This document shows positions 37,533-51,148 of a DNA stretch of 64,000 bases, one piece after another. This DNA is from Octopus sinensis. Lineage: Eukaryota. The notes under the pieces were generated by a model, which saw nothing but the letters and a program-made list of their open reading frames with translations, was not told where the DNA came from and did no database searches. Positions within the stretch are counted from its first letter, which is position 1. Each line of letters starts with the position of its first letter. The position numbers and the translations under genes were made by a program. The stretch is taken from NCBI RefSeq assembly GCF_006345805.1, contig NC_043021.1, positions 16,120,001 to 16,184,000 on the forward strand, in the 5' to 3' direction.

Positions 37533-40500
37533 CATATATACGACAGGCTTCTTTCAGTTTCCGTCTACCAAATCCACTCACAAGGCATTGGTCGGCCCGG
37601 GGCTATAGCAGAAGACACTTGCCCAAGATGCCACGCAGTGAGACTGAACCCGGAACCATGTGGTTGGTTAGCAAGCTACCTACCACACAGCCACTCCTGC
37701 GCCTATAAAATATTTTTCTTGAAAATGTCACATATATTTTCATGCTGCATATGTTACGCCAGGTAAATGAGAATTGTCACCACAGACGTTATTGTCCAGT
37801 AAACAACATTGACATTTTTTTGTAAATTTCAAGGCCATTATAGATAACCACCATGAGACTTTTTATGCTGTTCTGGAGGAATTCAAAAAGATTTGCAGTT
37901 AATATTTTCACATGAAAAATAGTTATTTTGTTTAGTGTCACATTTGTCACACTTTTTGGATTCTCTTCAAAATATTCATCATACATCCCAGGTGAAAAAA
38001 AAAAAAAATTTGTTTAATGCTTGTCTGGGTAGACAAACTTTATTCCGGAAATTGAATCAATATAATTCTTGCAAATGTTCAAGATATACAGCTTAGATTA
38101 GCTCATGCTTGGTGTCTCTGATTGTCACGTACGTCTATAAACAAATACACACACACACAGGTAGATACTTTTTTTATATTCTTTCTCTCAATATTTGATA
38201 GAATTTGTCATTCAATCTTTGACTGTATTTTTCTAAAGATTATTTTCAATATTTTTTTTTTTTGTTACAACAGGCAGTTGTTATGGAAGGTAAATATTGG
38301 AAACGAAGGCTCGAGTCAGTTACTGGAGAATACAAAAGCTGGCGTAAGTTTTCGAAAAACCAAATCACTCGTGCGCGACGAAACTCTACCACATCCAAAG
38401 TAAGTCTTTGTTGTTGTTGATGTAATTGTTGATGTTGTCTGTGCTGAGGTACAAGCTGTCATTTGTTCAACTCAAACATTTATTAAACAGGAAAAAAAAA
38501 ATCTGTATGCTAGATCAGGGTAGAGAACTTTTTTAGATTTTATATACAGGCATGGCTGTGTGGTGATGTAGCTTGCTTTGCAATCCTGTGGTTTCAGGTT
38601 CAGTCCCATTGCACAGCAACTTAGGCAAGTTTCTTCTACTAATCCTTTCTACTCAAAGCACAAGACCTCAGATTTGTTGGGAGGGGACTAGTCGATTACA
38701 TTGACCCCAGTTTTTCACTGATACTTAATTTATCGACCCCGAAAGGATGAAAGGCAAATTCAACTGTGGCAGAATTTGAACTCAGAACATAGCGACGTAA
38801 ACAATGTCGCCCTGACTTGTGCCTTGGAGGGTAACTTTCTTGATGCAATCCCATGGTCATTCATGACTGAAGAGGGTCTTTACCCTTTACCCTTACTCTC
38901 TGTAGTAGGATTGGTGTTAGGAAGGGTATCTGGGCCATAGAAACCATACTAAAAATAGGAACCTATAAGCAAGATGTGGTCTTTTGACCTGTCTAGGAGA
39001 GAAATAACAGCAAAGAAAAACCGATTCACATTATGACAACTCATCTGATTTGCACCAACATGGAAAGTGGACATAAAATACGGATGATGATAATGGTGAT
39101 GGTAATATATATCAATTGGGTGGGGCAGACAGGAAAAACAGAATTCAAATTGTGTATATGCATGTGTATCAGTTGGGGTGACAAAGACCATCTTGTCATT
39201 TCTCAAAGGGGACTGACTTATTTGCCTGGTGGCTTTGTTTAAAGTGGAGTAGTGAGCTGTTAACCTCACTTTCTTGTCCATGACCGTCTTCAATCCAGTG
39301 GCAAGACCAGACCAAGATGACGAGGGATGGAGACCGATGCAGTGAATGATTAAGATGTCTTACCTCGTCTTGCTCTCTGCACTTGATGATGTGTTACTGC
39401 AGCTGCTTTCCTTTCCGTTGAACCACAAAGGTCACATCTACAGAGTTCCCTGGACCTGAACATCACATGCATAGGTAGAAACCCTATATATGCTAAAACC
39501 CTAATATGCTGGGACCCTAATATGCTAAAACCCTAATATGCTGGGACCCTGACAAGTGCTACTACTTGGGTGAAAGTAGGCCTGGGAACAATAGTGGCTA
39601 AGATGTAGTTCCACATTCCTCAAAACTCTTGGGTTCCCAAACAGGGCCGCACTACCAGATCCAGTTTGAAGTCATACCCAGGACTCTGTGTGTGTGTGAC
39701 ACTCAGCGTGGCACACATTGGGACTGAACCAGAATCATGTGGTTGGGAAGCAAACTTCTTACCACACAGCCAGGCCTAAACCTATGGTAATATAATTTCC
39801 TTAGTTTCTTGTATCTAAAATATGTAGCACTGCTGTCTACTTCTTAACCCTTTTGATACCAACCCGCCTGAAACCGCCTCTGGCTCTCTAGTATAAATGT
39901 CTTGTTTTCAAAAGTTCTAAATTAAATTTTTCTACCAAACCTTAGTCACAATTTGTGCTCCTAACACTAGGTTAATGATAACTAAGTTATTTTACTAATT
40001 TCTTTGTTATATTTTAAATTAATTGAAAGAAACACAGGGCATCTCAACAGAAATATGGTAATGAAAGGGTTAAAGGTCTTGTGACTCCAAGACGTAAAGC
40101 GATATGTCTTCCTTACCATGTTCTGTGTAAACCCTCCAAATACTTCAGAATTTACTGATTTAACCTGATCTTTTCCTTTTCTTTCAGGGCAGCTCCCAAA
40201 ACAGTCTCTACGAGTGGGCCTTTCAGGGACTTAACGCCACAGAAAGCAACGACGCTTACAAAATTGAAGACATGGAGTTTTCTGATGCCCTTTTTTCACT
40301 TTCCCAACCATTTCCATTTCCCAACCCACGTGAACTGAGTAAGTATATTGCCAATGACTATGTATTGACATGTATATGATGTCGGTGATTAGTGTACAGA
40401 GTAAAGATGTGTGGTTTAGTGGTTAGGGTACTCGGCTCATGAGTGTAAGGCTGTCAGTTCAATACCCAGTGGCACATTTTGTCCTTGCACCAAGACTCTT

Positions 40501-42943
40501 TATTTCACGTTGCTCCAGTCTACTCGGCTTGCAAAAATGAGTAGTGCCTGTATTTCGAAAGGACCAGCCTTGTTACATCCTGTGTCATGCTGGATCTCTC
40601 TGAGAACTATGTTAAAGGTATGTTGTCTGTGGAGCATTCAGCCACTTGCATGTTAAATTCATGAGCAGGCTGTTCTGTTGATTGGATCAACTGGAACACT
40701 CATCGTCATAGCCGATGGAGTACCAGTTTTTTTTTTTTGTTCCTGATAATATAGGAACCACATAAAAGGCACTGTGCTGGTTCCACATAAGAGGCACAGA
40801 TGATGGTGCCACGTAAAAAGTGCTGGTGCCATATAAAAAGTACAGGTGGTGGTGCCATGTAAGAAGTACTGCTGTTGGTTGCACATGAAAAGCACCCAGT
40901 ACATTCTGTAAAGTGGTTGGCATTCAGTTGGGTACCCAGCTGTAGAAACCCTGCCAAAACAGACATTGGAACCTGATGTGGTCCTTGGCCTTGCCAGCCC
41001 CTGTCAAACCATGCAACCCATCCCAGCATGGAAAACTGATATTAAATGAGGATGATGATCCCTAGGGATCATAAAGTTTGGGCTTAACTCAGTTTCCATG
41101 GCATATAAATGGCCAAGATCACAACGTAGCTTTCACCATTTTCTAATTTCTTTTAACATTAAATTCTAATATAAATGTAATCTTTGCCATCTGAAAGGTA
41201 TTTGTAGAAAATTTCATGAAAACACATCCATTTTTCTGAGAGTTGTATGAGGAAACCGTATTGGTGGGGTACACTTGATATGCCTTCAGGAACTTGGATA
41301 CGTGTGTATATATATTATATGTTAGCGACTTGGACGTGTGTATTAGAAACTGTTCTGAAGTTGGCATTTGTTTGTTGTTATTGTGTTTTCAGTGCAAACT
41401 GGTTACGTTGATTTGATCCAGCCAGTGTTGATGCAACTCCAACCCAACTTAGAAGATTTCATGGATACCATGGAACCAATGCAACGTAAGTTTGCAGCTC
41501 TCTGTTTCCTCCTCCTCATCATCATCATCACCATCATCACCACCATCCTCTTCCCCCTCAGCTTCCTCTTCCTCCTCTTCTTCTTCTTCATCCCCTTCCT
41601 CTTCCTCTTCTTCCTCCTCTTCCTCCTCTTCCTCCTCATCCCCCTCCTCCTCCTCCCTCAAACCACTCTGTATCTACCAAAACTTCTGCTTCCCCCCTCT
41701 TCATAACTATCTTTTGTGCCTTTTATCTTTTCACTCGTTTCAGTCATTGGACTGTGGCCATGCTGGAGCACCACCTTGAAGAGTTTAGCCCAGGGGTTCT
41801 CAAACGCCCCCCCCCCATTTTTTCTTTATCTGTTAACCCCTTTGATTACTATTTTAAGACAAAGGGGTTAAGTCGGTTACATCTACCCCAGTGCGCAACT
41901 GGTACTTAATTTATCGACCCTGAAAGGATAAAGGCGAAGTCGACCTCGGCGGAATTTGAACTCAGAACATAACAACAGACGAAATACCGCTAAGCATTTC
42001 GCCTGGCGTGCTAACGTTTCTGCCAGCTCTGGGGTAGACAAGCATCTCCCCTCCAGCAAGCCACCTAACTCTATTCCTCTATTATACTTCAGCCTCTCAA
42101 GTGGCACAAAGCCACCTCCCTCTGTACCACTCCCTCTGTACCACTCCCTCTGTACCACTCCCTCTGTACCACTCCCTCTGTACCACTCCCTCTGTACCAC
42201 TCCCTCTGTACCACTCCCTCTGTACCACTCCCTCTGTACCACTCCCTCTGTACCACTCCCTCTGTACCCCTCCCTCTGTACCACTCCCTCTGTACCACTC
42301 CCTCTGTACCACTCCCTCTGTACCACTCCCTCTGTACCACTCCCTCTGTACCACTCCCTCTGTACCACTCCCTCTGTACCACTCCCTCTTCCAGCTGAGG
42401 GTCTTTGTCTTGTGAGTTACTTGGTGACCCTGCCAGTGCTGGTGCTTTGTAAAAAGCAGCAGTACATACTGTAAAGCGGTTGGCATTAGGAAAGGCTTTC
42501 CAGCTGTTGAAAATATGCCAGAGAGTCTGGTGCAGTTGTCTGGCTTGCCAGTGTCAAACTGCCAAGTTTCAGTGATGTAAACAAACCAACACCAATTTCT
42601 GAGTTGTTGGGTGCGGAATACAAACACGCATGCGCACATATACCTCTCCGAGCATACACATTTAGGCGCAGGAATGGCTGTGTGGTAAGTAGCTTGCTTC
42701 CGAACCACATGGTTCCGGGTTCAGTCCCACTGCGTGGTACCTTGGGCAAGCGTCTTCTACTATAGCCTTGGGCCGACCAAAGCCTTGTGAGTGGATTTAG
42801 TAGATGGAAACTGAAAGAAGCCCGTCGTGTATATATATATATATAACGGTAAGCTTTATGAAAATAGACAAAAGACGAAGGCAGGTTTACGGAAATAAAC
42901 AAAAGACGAAGGCAGGTGGAATACAAACAAACAATTGTATTAG

Positions 42944-42983
<40 letters not shown>

Positions 42984-45900
42984 CGCGTGTATGTTTGTGT
43001 GTCTGTGTTTGTCCCCCTAGCATTGCTTGACAACCGATGCTGGTGTGTTTATGTCCCCGTCTCTTAGTGGTTCGGCAAAAAGAGACCGATAGAATAAGTG
43101 CCGGGGTCGAGTTGCTCGATTAAAGGCGGTGCTCCAGCACGGCCGCAGTCAAATGACTGAAACAAGTAAAAGTGTAAAGAGTAATACAGTCTGCTTCCAC
43201 AAAGTTTCCACCTGCCAAATTCACAATTGGTCGGCCCGAGGCTATAATTAGAAGACACATGGCCAATGTGCTGTACAGTGGGACTGAACCTGAAACCATG
43301 TCGAGGAAAAAAAAAAAAAAAAAACTTCTTAACCACCCTGCCATACAATATTTCTGAATTTCTTAATGGTTGATCATTAATTGTTGTAATTGAAACATTT
43401 GTATTGTTTTATTCATTTTCTTTATCTTAATTTCTGAATTTCAGTGTTCTCTGATATATTTAAGTCCCAAAACCTGCCGACTTCTACAGTCACTTCTTAT
43501 CAGGTAAATACATAATATATATACATATCTTTGTTTTAATTCTTAACCCCTTACCCAACAATTATTTTGAAAATAAATGTATTTCTTCAGACATGTTTTT
43601 TAATGGTTTTATTTTACTGTTTTGAATGGTGATTTCGAGGTATATTTCAAACCTTATTTATTATGAATTTTAATTCAATAATATTGATTTTAAATTACGG
43701 CATTGGGCAGAAACGAGTTAACCCGTTTTTAGACGAAGGAACTCATTTGCTGTCGATTTTTGCGAGTCTATCTTTTGACGAGTTAACTCACCAGAGATGG
43801 AAAAAAACGATTTCGGTCAAAACGCATATATTCGTTTCTGTCGGGTAAGGGGTTAATTTCTTTTTTTTTTTTTAGTATCCTATGCAGATATATATGTTGT
43901 TCTGTTGTTGTGCTATCATCACCATCGTTATTTTTGTTTTTCCATCTGGGCGTTAATTGAATGCGAGTTGTTCAGGCAATATTCTGCAACCAGATGATGT
44001 CTTCCCTTTTAAATCCTTATTTGCTTTTTTAAGCATTAATTTGATTCCACTGGCATACACAGTGTATGTGTGTGTGTATATTTTTTTTACTTGTTATAGT
44101 ACATTGCTCCGATGGATGTGTAATGTCAGTGTGCATACTCGACAGAGTGTAAGTACCTTGAGAGAAAAGTTGGACCTAAGAAGCATCAGATGTGATGTGC
44201 AAGAGAGACAACTGCGCTGGTATGGTCATGTGGCAAGAATGGATGAGGATAGCTGTGTGAAAAAGTGCCACGCCCTTGCAGTTGAGGGAATCTGTGGAAG
44301 AGGTAGACCCAGGAAGACCTGGGATGAAGTGGTGAAGCACAACCTTCGGACATTAGGCCTCACCGAGGCAATGACTAGTGACCGAGACTTTTGGAAATAT
44401 GCTGTACTTGAGAAGACCTGGCAAACCAAGTGAGACCATAACCTCGTGGCCTATGCCAGGGGTGTAACCAGCCCGCTTATGCGTACCTTCCTTCATTGGA
44501 CACTAAACTCTGCTTGCGAAGACCTGTTGAGGCAAGTGAAATCGAAATCAAATGCAATGTTTGGGGAGGGAGGAATAAACACACACACACACACAAGGGG
44601 CTACTTTCAGTTTCTGTCTACAAAATCCACTCACAAGGCTTCTGTCAGCCCAAGGCTATAGTAGAAGTTGTCATGCAGTGGGACTGAACCCTGAACAATA
44701 TGGCTGGGAAGCAAGCTTCTTACCACACAGCCACGCCTTCACCTATTAATAATGATTTTATTTATTTATTTGTTTGTTATGAATCCATCAATGATTCGTT
44801 AAATAACCTGATATTCTTCTTTGTTTTACAGTCTGAGCCTAACTTGTTGCTCTCCATGGAAAGTGACCTTACATCTGATTTAACTGCTCAAGTACCTCCC
44901 TTAAACCAGCAAGGAGGAGTGCCCTCATCAGATCCGTTAAAAGAGAAAGACTGTTCTTTAGGGATCTCTTCGCTAAAATCCACACACACCATGTCCCCTG
45001 CTCCACAGACTAATCTTTATTCAGTTGCTCCTGTACAGTTACAGCCCCAGCCCCAGGCACAACAGCAACAGTCTCTGTCCACCCTAAACTTGCTACAAAG
45101 CTCCCCGTTTTGTTCTTCACATACTGTGAGTCATGTTGGGGGCGATGGTCAAGCACCCCTATTAACTGACAGTTCTGTTTCTCTCCAGCAATCAGACCCT
45201 CAGGTGCCAGACCAAATGTTTAACAAAATGCTCCAACAATACACAAATGTACTGCCTAAAGTCGATGCCCCTCAAGCGGTCAACCCCATTGTGCACCAGC
45301 CCTTAAATCAATTTCTCGGTACTGGAACTACGGTGGTGGCCCCCAGTTACAAAGGAACTGCTGCTGTAAATAAAGACTCTGCAGAGGTGAACACCATTCT
45401 TTCAGCATTGATCAACGATGCAGTAAACTCCTCGCAACCGAACCTGGCCCCAAACCCCGCAGCGGCTTGTACTCCTGCCCCACTCTCCATTCCCCTTCAT
45501 CAGAAAGACAGTATGGGAGCAACTTCAATTGTAGACACGCCGGCAGTACTGGACATGCATCCGGCAGCGGCTGGCAACGTGTCTCGAGTATGTCAACCTG
45601 GTGAACAGATCTGTCCCCGAAAGATAGGAGCAAGCAATTTTGCTCTCGTGAGCAGTGGTGCTACCAGCAGCAACAACCCCGACAGCCTCTCTATGGGTCT
45701 GCCAAGGCTCGACCTTGCCATCCACCATTCGCCGTCATCCACAGATATCTCAGCACAAGTGTCTCCTGTTGTGTCATCGTCAGCAGCAACAGATCTTCAC
45801 CACAAAAGTTCCGCAATCGGCAGGAGGCACTCTTACAACAGTCCCTCCCCACTACTCTCTACCACTAATATCAGCAGCAGCAGCAACACCAGTAGTATTA

Positions 45901-48900
45901 CTGGTAGTGGTAACTATCACAATAAGAAAAATAACAAAAGTAACAGCAGTGGTAGCCTCAGCAGCAGCAACAGCAGTGCATCATTTAATCGGAGTCAAGG
46001 CTTTGCAGTACCCTCTGTAAGTAGTAATAATAATTTCATTCATTGGCCCCGAGGGCCGACATATAGTGAACAATACAGTAAGGGGTTTTACACAAAATGA
46101 GTACACAATTAAAACAATAACAGTAATATCAAAGAAGAATCATCTGTGCTGGTGGCACGTTAAAAGCACTAACCGATCGTGGCCGCTGCCAGACTCCCCT
46201 GGCACCTGTGCCAATGGCACGTAAAAAGCACCCACTACACTCGCGGAGTGGTTGGCGTTAGGAAGGGCATCCAGCTGTAGAAACACTGCCATATCAGACT
46301 GGAGCCTGGTGCAGCCCCTGGCTTACCAGACCCCGGTCGAACCGTCCAACCCGTGCTAGCGCGGAAAACGGACGTTAAACGATGATGATGATGACGAAGA
46401 ACATAACAGTAAAAGTTCCCCAGTAGGGGGGTAACCACCTGGGGTTGGCTCAGATACCGCACTGATCCTGAACCACTCGATTCTTTGCGGGCACCCAGGA
46501 AGGACCCTCTCAAATTCAGTAGCTCACAGGCACATTATTAGAGTAGGTCCACTCACACTGGCCATTTTCGCAAGTCTCCCACCTTTTAGAAAATGTACAG
46601 GGGGGGGGCAGCACAATGAGGGATTGGCCAAAGAGAAAAGTGTCTCTCTTGAGTCCTTTCAACCTGGTCCACCATACAACCTCTTTTGCTATGATAATAA
46701 TACAGGAAATATTGTTAGGGCATTCTCACATAACCTTGGACCATTTTACTTGTTTTCCTAACTATACACAATCCCTACTCTTGTTTTAAGATAATTCAAG
46801 ACTCTTTTTTTCGCTTGTTCTGTTTATGTTGTAAGTACAGGAGAAGAACAATTGATGAATTGACTCAAATCAGATGACTGCTCTGTGTCTGATGGTGTGC
46901 AGAGCTAAACTGAAACTATAGATTGCAAAAGGAGATGACGAAGGGTAACATTGGAATAATTAATTAATTAAGATAATTTACTCTTTACTCTCTTTTACAC
47001 TTTTACTTGTTTCAGTCATTTGACTGTGGCCATGCTGGAGCACTGCCTTTAGTCGAGCAAATCGACCCCAGGACTTATTCTTTGTAAGCCTAGTACTTAT
47101 TCTATCAGTCTTTTTTGCTGAACTGCTAAGTTACGGGGATGTAAACACACCAGCATCTGTTGTCAAACGATGTTGGAGGCGGGGGACAAACAGACACACA
47201 AACATATACACACATATACATATATATATACATATATACGATGGGCTTCTTTCAGTTTCCATCTACCAAATCCACTCACAAGGCTTTGGTTGGCCTGAAG
47301 CTATGGTAGAAGACACTTGCCCAAGGCGCCACGCAGTGGGACTGAACCTAGAACCATGTGGTTTGTAATCAAGCTACTTACCACACAGCCACTCCTTTTT
47401 CATACCTTTTTATTTTGTTTTTGTTTTGTTTTTTAGATGTTTCTTTTTTGTTTTTGTTTTTTTTTTGTTTCTTTTTTTCAATCTTTGTTTCCTTTGCTAA
47501 TTTTCTTTAGAGCCCACAAGTAGCCAAGAGTAAACACCGGCCAACACCCCAATCCACATCTACAGCAGTAGCAACTGTATCCGAGATGCCTTCACCATCA
47601 TATACAGCCAACCATACATTTTTAGCACAGTTACTCACAACAGGTAAAGCTGTTTGCTCTCGTTGTTGTTTCATTTTATTATTGTAATTATTATAATTAT
47701 TATTATTATTATTATTGAGTGAGAGAGCAGTGCATGCCATCAAAGTGATGCTAGGGTACAAATATACAAAGCCCAGTGTATGACTGATAAGGGTACACCA
47801 GGCACATGCATCAGGACCACATGTGCGCAACATGGTGATTTTATATCAAGATGAACAGCACATGACCTTGCAGGTGGGGCCCAGTTAGAATTTTCTTCAG
47901 GTCGAGTAGCTCATTTCGCTCAAATGGTTACTGAATGAGTTTCGTTGGTGTGAGGGAGGAGTTATTTTTTTATTTGCTATTCTATGCTTTGTTTGCAAGG
48001 GTCACCTGAAAAGTTCCTAGGCTGACCAAGATACTCTCATGGTATGTGACCAAATGAGGTTTATTTTCATCGCCAGCTCAAAAATAACAAAGCCATTTTG
48101 CTAATTTTTTCATTTTCTGTATTAATTGAAAAGGTAGTGCATCTCTGCAGAAATGGGTTACTCAAAGGGTTAACTGTTTAGATACCAACCGAACTGAGAC
48201 TATCCCTGTGCCTGTGATACAAACTTCCCATTTTAAAGTGGCTGAAATTATAACCTTCCTTCAGAAATTCCAGGTTCATTTATGTTACAAACACCATTTG
48301 TTATTTTCAAAATTAGTTGAAACAAAGGTAGTGTCATACCTATTTCTTTACTACCCACAAGGGGCTAAACACAGAGAGGACAAACAAGAACAGACAAAGG
48401 GATTAAGTCGATTACATCGACCCCAGTGCGTAACTGGTACTTAATTTATCGACCCCGAAAGGATGAAAAGCAAAGTCGACCTCGGCGGAATTTGAACTCA
48501 GAACATAACGGCAGATGAAATACTGCTACGCATTTCGCCCGGCGTGCTAACGTTTCTGCCAGCTCGCTGCCTTTAGTGTCATACCATGGAGATGTGGAGG
48601 CGCAATGGCCCAGTGGTTAGGGCAGCGGACTCGCGGTCGGAGGATCGCAGTTTCGATTCCCAGACCGGGCATTGTGAGTGTTTATTGAACGAAAACACCT
48701 AAAGCTCCACGAGGCTCCGGCAGGGGATGGTGGTGAAACCTGCTGTACTCTTTCACCACAACTTTCTCTCACTCTTTCTTCCTGTTTCTCTTGTACCTGT
48801 ATTTCAAAGGGCCAGCCTTGTCACAATCTGTGTCACGCTGAATCTCCTCGAGAACTACGTTAAGGGTACACGTGTCTGTGGAGTGCTCAGCCACTTGCAC

Positions 48901-51092
48901 GTTAATATCACGAGCAAGCTGTTCCGTTGATCGTATCAGCTGGGACCCTCATCGTCGCAACCGACGGAGTGCTCCTACCATGGAGATATGTTATCAAAAT
49001 AGTTATGTAGTTGAGTTTGAACTTGTATAGCTTCCTACTTGGCCACCTGCTTTCCATTCCTGGAATCATTTGTATTAACTCACCTTCCGCTGTTATGATG
49101 TTTAAAAAGCATTTTTTTTATTTCGGTTCAGGCACATATCCAACCCCAAGCATCGATGTGAAACAAGAGCCACATGCAAAAACCTCTGTTAACACAACGG
49201 CCACTTCAACCTCAATCACCTCCTCTACAACTAACTATGCTCCCATCAGGCCAGCACGAGAGCCAATCTCTTCAGCTGGTCATACACCTATCTCAGTTGC
49301 TTCTGCCATACCAACCAGTATTCCTAACACCCTTACCAATGTAAGTAACCATTAACATAATTACTAAATCTGAAGTTAATTATTACAAGATGAGGTTTAA
49401 TAGTTCTCATCATTGCTTGTCCATAGTATTTGTTATGGGACATATTATGTATTTTGCTGCTTGAGCTGTGTGGTTTATATACTGTTTTTGTGTGTTTATG
49501 ATGCATATGTTGTTGTTGTTTAGCCTCTGGTCAGCTCTGGTGTGTCCTTTTTAGATACCAGTGTGTTTCTATTTCTTGCAGGACATTAGTTTTCTGTGTT
49601 TCACAGTTGTACACATCATCATCCTTTAACGTCTGTTTTCCATGCTGGCAAGGGTTGGACAGTTTGACCAGAGCTGGCAAGCAGATGACCTGCACCAGCT
49701 TCCAGTCTGATTTGGCTTGGTTTCTATGGCTGGAAGCCCTTCCTAATGCCAACCACTTTACAATGTGGGCTGGGTGCTTTTAATGTGGCTCTGGCACAAG
49801 CACTTTTACATAGTGCCAGCACAAATGCTTTTTACACGGCACCAGCATAGGACATACATTATTATTATGTATCGTAACATCTAAACACACGCTCGCTCTG
49901 TAAAGTGGTTGGCATTAGGAAGGGTTGTAGAGACCATGGCAAAACAAGCAATTGGAGCCTGGTGTAGCTCCCAGCCCTGGCAGCTCCTGTCGAACTGTCC
50001 AACTGATGCCAGCATGGAGAATGGATGTTAGACGATGATGATCATGATGACATAGTGTTGATGTCATAGGAATTTATAAACTTGTAAAAGGATGTGAAGT
50101 AATTCTTTTTGGGAAACAATGGATCTTGAAGCATATGCAAAGATTTGGAGGTTAAAAACCATTCTGGATAAAAAAAAATTTTTTTTTAAATGAAGGCTAT
50201 CTGACTTTTTCTTTCCAAAAGTGTTTTCCAACCAAATATTTACAGTTTTACAAATGCTTCGAGATCCATCGTTATACATACACACGTGGGTGAGTGTGTA
50301 TAATATATGTGTATATATATATATATATTCATATATTCATTTGATACTTGGATTATTGTTAGATACATTTCAACTGTTAGTTTCCCCAGTTGTAGTTCTT
50401 CAAGTATTGATTTTAATCCACCTGCATATTTGTCCTAGCAATCACATACAACAGGTGAATTAGAATGATTACCTGAAGAACTGGAAATGATGAAACTAAT
50501 AGTAGTAATGTAGCTATCAAGTAAAGATATTATTTGACTCTACATTCTTGTATTATTAACTTTTTGTTTGCTCAAACTAATTTTACATATATTATATATA
50601 TCAATATAAACTTAGGTAGTAGAGATACAAACTTGACAAATTTAACTATTTCTCTGTTAATTGTAAAAATGATGAACAGCCATAATCAATTTTCGGACCT
50701 TATTGGGGTCTCATCAAGTGTTTATATCATTTTGATCTATCCCAGATTGTTTATATACTCAGCAAATCCAGTAGCCAAAGAGAGATGGTGCTACTAATTT
50801 GCATACCGTTACATGCACACACACACACACGCAAGCTATATATTTATCTATTTTCCACTTTATTTATTCTTCATGTATTTTTCTCAGGTACCTTCAGGGA
50901 ATAAAGCAACCAGTTCAGTACCCAGTTTCTCCAATAGTGTCTTAGTACCCGCAAGAAATCAGCCCTTTCACCAGGACACCAGTGCCTTGACTACTACGAA
51001 ACAGGGTCAGTTTAGCTGAATGTTTATAATTACTCTGTCTTTATCTCTTAATGTCCCTTCTTTCTGTGTGTGTGTGTGTCTGATTATATATG

Positions 51093-51148
<56 letters not shown>

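Noticed and set aside
38122-38403. ORF-track peptide ...[27 protein letters not shown]
   Set aside because: Wrong frame; the Mondo exon is read in another frame ([12 protein letters not shown])
41403-41779. Poly-Glu, poly-Ser and poly-Arg/Lys ORFs
   Set aside because: Translations of a (CTT/CCT)n tract just after the 41485 donor
48594-48680. tRNA gene
   Set aside because: The tRNA-like A/B boxes continue into a SINE body with TSDs; the same holds for the other SINE heads
49582-49628. Possible extra Mondo exon after ttcttgcag
   Set aside because: Phase-0 reading hits TAA before any good donor and it is not needed for frame continuity
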